Of a DNA stretch of 13,500 nucleotides, positions 1 to 5,942 are shown one piece after another. A model generated the notes under the pieces. The model saw only the letters and a program-made list of their open reading frames with translations, did no database searches and was not told the origin of the DNA. Origin of the DNA: Fidelibacterota bacterium (GTDB lineage Bacteria > Fidelibacterota > Marinisomatia > Marinisomatales > TCS56); contig JBDRBK010000056.1 in assembly GCA_043822705.1 (NCBI GenBank), forward strand, positions 1 through 13,500. Reading direction: 5' to 3'. Position numbers and translations under genes: made by a program. Within the stretch, counting starts at the first letter, position 1; the number at the start of each line of letters is the position of its first letter.

Positions 1-413
1 CGGCCGATCAGATAGCTGTCTTTTTCCGCATCATAGAGAATAAAGGCGAAAATACCATTCAGGTCGTTGAAAAATTCGCTGCCCCGTTCGGCATACAGGG
101 CCAGGATGATTTCACAGTCGGAGGCGGTCTGAAACCGGTAGGGCTTGGTCAACTGCTGACGCAACTCCATGTGGTTGTAGATTTCACCATTGACCGCCAG
201 CACGTGGCTGCCGGTTTCATTGTACAGCGGCTGTGCGCCGCTGAGGATGTCCACGATGGCCAAACGCTCGTGCGCCAGGATGGCTTTATCGGAACTGTAA
301 ATGCCGGACCAGTCCGGTCCGCGGTGGCGTTGCAGTTTTGACAGCCGCAACGCCCGTTTCCGCAGTACGGCCGGATCGGATTTAATATCGACGATTCCCA
401 GAATTGAACACAT
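1..413 (-). CDS. asnB: Asparagine synthase B (glutamine-hydrolysing), 5' part; runs off the left edge of the window
   Basis: Not in the ORF track. Manual translation from ATG at 413 gives MCSILGIVDIKSDPAVLRKRALRLSKLQRHRGPDWSGIYSSDKAILAHERLAIVDILSGAQPLYNETGSHVLAVNGEIYNH...SDCEIILALY...LNGIFAFILYD. It has the Ntn-amidotransferase Cys2 and the RHRGPD, HERLAIVD and NGEIYNH motifs of AsnB. Confidence 0.96.
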   Translation of the reverse strand, partial: MCSILGIVDIKSDPAVLRKRALRLSKLQRHRGPDWSGIYSSDKAILAHERLAIVDILSGAQPLYNETGSHVLAVNGEIYNHMELRQQLTKPYRFQTASDCEIILALYAERGSEFFNDLNGIFAFILYDAEKDSYLIG

Positions 414-447
414 ATTTATACCGTTATTCGTGAAAAAGATGACCGCC

Positions 448-476
448 AATGTACGACGATCGCAGACCGGGGTAAA
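448..476 (-). promoter_or_regulatory. Candidate sigma70-type promoter for asnB
   Basis: Minus strand TTTACC (476-471), 17-bp spacer, TACATT (453-448), about 35 bp upstream of the ATG. Pattern match only. Confidence 0.35.
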
Positions 477-538
477 CCGTTAATTCGGCTGAAACAGGCT
501 GATCGGGCTAAATGGTGGTGCAGGGAAATTCCAGCGGA

Positions 539-1186
539 TTAATCCGTCAGCACCCGGAACCAGGCGCTCAATTCAGCAAAGTCGGCAAACAGCGGTTTAC
601 CGCTGGCCGCCAGCCGCCGCCGGCTGGTATGGCCCAGAGCCAGCAGGACGATATCGACGCCGATCTCGCCGGCCACATCGACATCGTGAATGGTGTCGCC
701 GATGTAGAGAATTTCCGCCGGGACGAAACCCAGTTCCCGCATCCAGGCCTGGCCGGCCGCCAGTTTGCTGTTGGCGTAATGATTGTCCAGCCCCACGATC
801 CGCAGAAAATATTCCCGCAGCCGGTGATGTCTGGTCAGCGTTTCCAGCATCTGCACCTTGGCCGCTGACAGCAGCGACTGCGACAGACCGGCGGTTCGCA
901 CCTGTTCCAGGAATTCGCGGGCGCCGGGATTGAGGTCCACCGTCAGCATCCGCGAGGTGTATTCGTCGATGAATTCGGTGCCCACCTGACTGAACGGTGT
1001 CCGGTTAAAGTCAAAACCCAGCGTTTTATAGTAGTCCACCACCGGAAAGGTAAAGATTTCCAGGTAGCGTTCCCGCGCCAGAACCGACAGGCCGTAGCGC
1101 TCCAGCACGACATTGATCGCCGTCAGTGACAGCTCCACATCGTCTAACAGAGTACCGTTCCAATCCCAGATAATATGCTTATACAT
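539..1186 (-). CDS. HAD-superfamily hydrolase (phosphoglycolate phosphatase-like)
   Basis: Motif I IIWDWNGTLLD, motif II LLSA, a conserved Lys (NSK) and motif IV YIGDTIHD. ATG 1186 (MYKHIIWD) is preferred over the TTG at 1204. Confidence 0.9.
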   Translation of the reverse strand: MYKHIIWDWNGTLLDDVELSLTAINVVLERYGLSVLARERYLEIFTFPVVDYYKTLGFDFNRTPFSQVGTEFIDEYTSRMLTVDLNPGAREFLEQVRTAGLSQSLLSAAKVQMLETLTRHHRLREYFLRIVGLDNHYANSKLAAGQAWMRELGFVPAEILYIGDTIHDVDVAGEIGVDIVLLALGHTSRRRLAASGKPLFADFAELSAWFRVLTD

Positions 1187-1264
1187 GGCTAAACCAAGGC
1201 GCAAGTATGGGGCGGTTTTGGGAAAAAAGCGATAATTTTGTCAGTTAAACCAAGGAAATATTCG

Positions 1265-1906
1265 ATGTTTTCCCGGGAATTCAGAAACCTGACCGATAAA
1301 CTGAGCAGCGCCCTGGCCGGTCCGTTGCCGGGTCCGCAGATTCGTGAGCGGATGCTGGCCCGCGTCCGGCTCCCGGTCGTCCTGCCCAACGCGCCGGAAA
1401 CGGCCACTGCGGCGGCGGTGTTGATCCTGCTGCACCGGGTAGATGGTGAAATATGTTTTTATCTGACAGAACGGACAGATACGGTCGAGAATCACAAGGG
1501 ACAGGTTTCTCTGCCGGGCGGTGCCCGCGAAGCCGATGAAGAATTGGCTGATACGGCCCGACGGGAAACCCGGGAAGAGATCGGCGTGCCGGAACCGGCC
1601 GTCAATATTATCGGTGAACTGACTCCGCTTTACGTCCCGTTCACCGGCTTCATGATTCATCCATTCGTCGGCTGGATCGATCCGCCGCCGGCGACCCGTG
1701 CCGATCCCCGGGAAGTCCGGACCCTGTTCGGCGCCACGCTGCGGGATCTGCTGGACGACCGGCGGGAAAAATCCGAAGTGCGGGAGATTCGCGGTTACAC
1801 GGTCGATGTGCCGTACTACAGCCTCAACGGTCACAAGGTCTGGGGTGCCACCGCCATGATTCTGACCGAATTCAAACAGCTACTAAAAGATTTGGGGGAT
1901 TGGTGA
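1265..1906 (+). CDS. Nudix hydrolase, CoA pyrophosphatase (NudL/Pcd1-like)
   Basis: Complete Nudix box GAREADEELADTARRETREEIGV, preceded by the CoA-subfamily motif LTERTDTVENHKGQVSLPGG, with C-terminal VWGATA. ATG 1265 has AAGGA at 1252-1256. Confidence 0.9.
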   Translation: MFSREFRNLTDKLSSALAGPLPGPQIRERMLARVRLPVVLPNAPETATAAAVLILLHRVDGEICFYLTERTDTVENHKGQVSLPGGAREADEELADTARRETREEIGVPEPAVNIIGELTPLYVPFTGFMIHPFVGWIDPPPATRADPREVRTLFGATLRDLLDDRREKSEVREIRGYTVDVPYYSLNGHKVWGATAMILTEFKQLLKDLGDW

Positions 1907-2796
1907 TGCCGGACCGGATCGGAATCGACCTGGGTGGAACCAAAATTGAGGGCCTGCTGCTGGATCAATCCGGGCAGGTGGTCCGACGCCAGCGGATTCC
2001 CACCGGGCAGGCCGACGGCTATATGGCCATCGTCGAGCGAATAGCCGGACTGATAAAAACATTGACCCACCAGACCGACGGTGATTATTCCGTCGGGATC
2101 TGTACTCCCGGCGCCATTTCCAAAACCAGCGGCCGGATCAAAAACAGCAATACCACCTGCCTGATCGGACAACCGCTGAAGGAAGATATCGAGGCGCTGA
2201 TCGGCCGGCCGGTGCTGCTGGAAAATGACGCCAATTGCTTCGCCGTGGCCGAGGCCACCCGCGGTGCCGCCCACGGATACAACCTGGTTTTCGGTGTTAT
2301 CATGGGCACCGGGGTCGGCGGCGGCATCGTGCTGGATGGACGAATTCTGGCCGGGGCATCCAATATCGCCGGTGAATGGGGCCATCATAAAATCGACCGC
2401 CAGGGACCGCTGTGTTATTGTGGTCAGCGCGGCTGCGTGGAATCGTTCATCAGCGGCCCGGCCCTGGAACGGCGCTGGCGGCAACTCACCGGCGACCGAC
2501 AGCCGCTGAGTGAAATCAGCAAGTTGACCGGCACTACCGCGGCCGGTTCGGCGGCGGATCACTGGAAGATAGAATTTCTGGAAACATTCGGTCTGGCTCT
2601 GGCCAATGTCATCAATATTCTCGATCCCGATGCGATCGTACTGGGCGGCGGCGTCTCTAATATTCCCTACCTGTATGATGCCGGCCTGCCGGCGGTTTAT
2701 CGTTACGTATTCAGTGATACACCGGCCACGCCGATTCTGAAAAATGCCTTGGGCGACTCCGCCGGCGTTTTCGGCGCCGCCCTGCTGGAGGTCTGA
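1906..2796 (+). CDS. ROK-family sugar kinase (Mak/fructokinase/GlcNAc kinase-like), no HTH domain
   Basis: Motifs GIDLGGTKI, ENDANCFAVAE, MGTGVGGG, AGEWGH and the Zn motif CYCGQRGCVE. ATG 1906 overlaps the Nudix stop (TGATG). Confidence 0.92.
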   Translation: MPDRIGIDLGGTKIEGLLLDQSGQVVRRQRIPTGQADGYMAIVERIAGLIKTLTHQTDGDYSVGICTPGAISKTSGRIKNSNTTCLIGQPLKEDIEALIGRPVLLENDANCFAVAEATRGAAHGYNLVFGVIMGTGVGGGIVLDGRILAGASNIAGEWGHHKIDRQGPLCYCGQRGCVESFISGPALERRWRQLTGDRQPLSEISKLTGTTAAGSAADHWKIEFLETFGLALANVINILDPDAIVLGGGVSNIPYLYDAGLPAVYRYVFSDTPATPILKNALGDSAGVFGAALLEV

Positions 2797-3062
2797 TGAA
2801 TTTCGGACGCTGGTTGAATTCGCTTACGGGACTGGATCACCTGGTTTTGCTGGTCTGCATCGGACTGTCGGTTCTGGCGGCCCGTTATATCCTGCATGGT
2901 GTGCGCAATATTTATGAACACCTGCAAAAAGACAACCGTTATGCCCCGGAATTCCGGGTCACCCCCGCTGCGTCGTTTCTGGTCGTCCTGCCGGTGGCGA
3001 TAATAATCTATCTGGCGCTGGGCCTGCCCCTGTCGGGCTGGCTTCATTCCGTGCTGCCCTGA
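2796..3062 (+). CDS. Small hypothetical membrane protein (88 aa, two predicted TM helices)
   Basis: The start overlaps the ROK stop (TGATG). Two hydrophobic stretches flank a polar loop YEHLQKDNRYAPEFRVTP. Confidence 0.75.
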   Translation: MNFGRWLNSLTGLDHLVLLVCIGLSVLAARYILHGVRNIYEHLQKDNRYAPEFRVTPAASFLVVLPVAIIIYLALGLPLSGWLHSVLP

Positions 3063-3110
3063 CTCTGTCCGGCCACATTTTAAGGCCGGTCGTCACACTT
3101 ACTAATTTTT

Positions 3111-3140
3111 TTGACAACCAAACGTCTTTCTGTTTAGTCT
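3111..3140 (+). promoter_or_regulatory. Candidate sigma70 promoter for the first DUF5916 gene
   Basis: Perfect TTGACA at 3111-3116 after a T-rich UP-like tract, 18-bp spacer, TAGTCT at 3135-3140. SD-like AGGGG at 3174-3178 precedes ATG 3186. Confidence 0.5.
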
Positions 3141-3185
3141 ATTTAGTCATGTTAGTACAAAAAATTCCTTGATAGGGGTATCATC

Positions 3186-5852
3186 ATGGCAAAAAAGACT
3201 TTAGCAACAATCGCTTTCATATTAATCACATTCGGCAGCGCCGCCGCCGACCAGGAGCCAACCACACTGCCTAAATCGTTGCAAGCGCTACGGGTACCAG
3301 CCGACATAATTACAGTCGACGGCCGGTTGGATGAGGAAAAATGGCAGACCGCCCAATTTGTCGCCGATTTCACCCAGCGTGACCCGGTGGAAGGTGATCC
3401 GGCCTCGGAAAGAACCGAATTCGCCATCCTTTATGATGACGAATACCTGTATATCGGCATCCGTGCCTTCGCTTCCGATCCCAACACGATCAAGGGAATT
3501 ATGAGTCGCCGTGATGAAGAAACCCCCAGCGACTGGCTCTACGTATCGATCGACAGCTATAACGATAATCGCACGGCCTTCGAATTCGGCCTGAATCCGG
3601 TGGGCGTCAAACACGATCTGCGCCGGTTCGATGATAACAACATCGATTTCAACTGGGATGCGCTCTGGGAAGGCAAGACCACACGGATGGAAGACGGCTG
3701 GAGCGCCGAATTCAAGATTCCCTTCCGCGAATTACGGTTCGACAACAGCGAACATCAATCCTGGGGCTTTCAGGTCAACCGTTTTATCGCCGAGAAAAAT
3801 GAAGATGTTTACTGGTCGCAGATCGCCAAAAACGAACAGGGCTGGGTCAGCCAGTACGGCGAACTGAGCGGAATCAAGAATATTCCACCGCAGCGGCGGA
3901 TGTACATCAGTCCCTATGTCACCGGGCAGTACAGCAAGGCCAACTACTTCAGGACCCCGGTCCACGAAAATACCTACAAACTGGGCAATAATATCGGTGC
4001 CGACATGAAATTCGGCGTCACCAGCAATCTGACCCTGGACCTGACGCTCAATCCCGATTTCGGACAGGTTGAGGCCGACCCGGCGGAACTGAACCTGAGC
4101 GCCTTCGAATCCTATTTCCCTGAGAAAAGACCGTTCTTCGTTGAAGGCGGCAATATTTACAATTTCAGCCTGGGAATCGGTGACGGCGATGGTGCCAACA
4201 CCGGCCTGTTTTACACCCGCAGGATCGGCCGTTCACCGCACAGCTATGCCAGTGATGATGACGGATATGAGACTAATCCCACCGCCACGACGATCCTGTC
4301 CGCCGGCAAACTTAGCGGCAAGACCAGCTCGGGCTGGTCGATCGGTGTCATGGATGCCCTGGCGGCCAAAGAAACCGGCCAGGTTGATTTCGCAAATGAC
4401 AGTTCCTATACCGAAGTCATCGAACCGCTGACTAATTATTTCGTGACCCGGCTGCAAAAGGATTTCCGGGAAGGCAACACTTCGATCGGTGGCATGTTCA
4501 CCGCCACCAATCGCGATATCAATACGCCGGAACTGGAATGGCTGCATAGCGATGCCTACGGCGGCGGATTGGATATCAACCACCGTTTCCTGGATGGCCA
4601 ATATCAGATGGAAGCAGCCATCGCTTTTACGGATGTGATCGGCAGCCGGGAAGCGCTGGTGGAAACCCAGACCGCTTCGGCCCACTATTACCAGCGTCCC
4701 GACGCCACCCACTTATCGGTGGATTCCTCCCGCACCAGCCTGCAGGGCTATGCCCATAAATTCGCTATCGGCAAATTCGGTGGGAAACACTGGCGTTACC
4801 AGATCGGTGAACAGACCACATCACCGGGCTTCGAACCAAATGATATCGGTTTCAACCGGGAGGCTGACAATAAGGCGCGATTCTTCTGGGCCCAGTACCG
4901 GGAAGATACACCCAATGATTACTATCAGCGCTGGAATATCAATTTCAACGCCTGGCAGGGCAGCTCTTTCGGCACCGAGTCACCGAACTATGGTGGTAAC
5001 ATTAACGGTAACGTGACACTGAAAAATTATTGGCTGTTGGGCGGGGGTGTTAATGTCGGCGGACCGGCCTGGCACCGTTACGCGTTGTGGGGCGGTCCCA
5101 GTCTGCGGATGGACCCCAACATGAATACCTGGCTGTACCTGTTCAGTGATCCCCGAAAAAATTTCACTTTCAACATGCAGGGCTTTTTCGGGGGACAGAC
5201 CACCGGTTCGCGCTTCTGGGGCATGGATCCGAATCTGACCTGGCGACCTTCGGATAATTTTTCCATGCGCCTGTATCTATCGTACCGGATTCTCGATGAT
5301 AACTGGTCCACCTGGAGCGACTATGACGTCATCCAGGACGAGCAGCGCCCGGATTCCGATGGTGATTTCCTGATGTCGGATATCATGCAGAAAACACTGT
5401 CGGCCACCCTGCGGCTCGACTTCACCCTGACGCCCAACCTGTCGATTCAGTTCTACGGTTCGCCCTATGTGACCGCCGGTGAATATTTCAACTTCAAGCT
5501 GGTCAAGAATGCCCATGCCGAAGAGTGGGAGGACCGCTATGAAGAATACATCAACGGTGAGACGACCTACGATGCCGCCAATGATCAGTGGCTGATCGAT
5601 TCGGACATGGACGGAACCACCAACTATACCGTCGGCAATTACGATTTCAACTACAAGCAGTTCAATTCCAATCTGGTGGTGCGCTGGGAATACCGGCCGG
5701 GATCGACCTTCTATCTGGTCTGGAGCAACGGCCTTTCGGATTACATCGAGGGCATGGGTAAAATGGACTTTACCCGCAACGTGGGCGATATGCTCAAACT
5801 AGATGCGGAAAATATCCTGATGCTGAAATTCAGCTACCTGGTTAATATCTGA
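3186..5852 (+). CDS. Secreted CBM9-like N-terminal domain + DUF5916 outer-membrane protein, paralogue 1 (888 aa)
   Basis: Signal peptide MAKKTLATIAFILITFGSAAA. CBM9/DOMON-like start ITVDGRLDEEKW...WSAEFKIPFRELRF. DUF5916-type motifs NPDFGQVEADP, EKRPFFVEG, FYTRRIGR and VVRWEYRPGS. Amphipathic beta-strand C-terminus LKFSYLVNI. Confidence 0.88.
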   Translation: MAKKTLATIAFILITFGSAAADQEPTTLPKSLQALRVPADIITVDGRLDEEKWQTAQFVADFTQRDPVEGDPASERTEFAILYDDEYLYIGIRAFASDPNTIKGIMSRRDEETPSDWLYVSIDSYNDNRTAFEFGLNPVGVKHDLRRFDDNNIDFNWDALWEGKTTRMEDGWSAEFKIPFRELRFDNSEHQSWGFQVNRFIAEKNEDVYWSQIAKNEQGWVSQYGELSGIKNIPPQRRMYISPYVTGQYSKANYFRTPVHENTYKLGNNIGADMKFGVTSNLTLDLTLNPDFGQVEADPAELNLSAFESYFPEKRPFFVEGGNIYNFSLGIGDGDGANTGLFYTRRIGRSPHSYASDDDGYETNPTATTILSAGKLSGKTSSGWSIGVMDALAAKETGQVDFANDSSYTEVIEPLTNYFVTRLQKDFREGNTSIGGMFTATNRDINTPELEWLHSDAYGGGLDINHRFLDGQYQMEAAIAFTDVIGSREALVETQTASAHYYQRPDATHLSVDSSRTSLQGYAHKFAIGKFGGKHWRYQIGEQTTSPGFEPNDIGFNREADNKARFFWAQYREDTPNDYYQRWNINFNAWQGSSFGTESPNYGGNINGNVTLKNYWLLGGGVNVGGPAWHRYALWGGPSLRMDPNMNTWLYLFSDPRKNFTFNMQGFFGGQTTGSRFWGMDPNLTWRPSDNFSMRLYLSYRILDDNWSTWSDYDVIQDEQRPDSDGDFLMSDIMQKTLSATLRLDFTLTPNLSIQFYGSPYVTAGEYFNFKLVKNAHAEEWEDRYEEYINGETTYDAANDQWLIDSDMDGTTNYTVGNYDFNYKQFNSNLVVRWEYRPGSTFYLVWSNGLSDYIEGMGKMDFTRNVGDMLKLDAENILMLKFSYLVNI

Positions 5853-5873
5853 TCCATATTTGACAATCGAAGT

Positions 5874-5916
5874 GACTGCCCGGCTGGCACACAAGTTTCA
5901 GTCGGGCAGTTATTTT
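5874..5916 (+). terminator. Stem-loop between the two DUF5916 genes (probable intrinsic terminator or mRNA-stabilising hairpin)
   Basis: GACTGCCCGGCTGG (5874-5887) pairs with TCAGTCGGGCAGTT (5898-5911), 14 bp including 3 G-U pairs, with a 10-nt loop, followed by ATTTT. Confidence 0.6.
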
Positions 5917-5942
5917 ACCATAATAACTGGTTGGGAGGCATT

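Noticed and set aside
461..472. 12-mer CGCAGACCGGGG matching the reverse complement of 12689-12700
   Set aside because: A single short match with unrelated flanks, compatible with chance in 13.5 kb.
301..868. Plus-strand ORFs 301-483 and 512-868
   Set aside because: Antisense shadows of asnB and the HAD gene, with no recognisable motifs.
1241..2562. Long minus-strand ORFs 1241-1834 and 1831-2562
   Set aside because: Antisense to well-supported Nudix and ROK genes; such shadow ORFs are expected with GC-rich codon usage.
3069..3089. CCGGCC/GGCCGG hairpin after the Nudix-ROK operon
   Set aside because: Only a 6-bp stem with no adjacent U-tract; too weak to call a terminator.
5860..5865. TTGACA just after the first DUF5916 gene (another at 12560-12565)
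   Set aside because: No convincing -10 hexamer at 16-18 bp spacing in either case.
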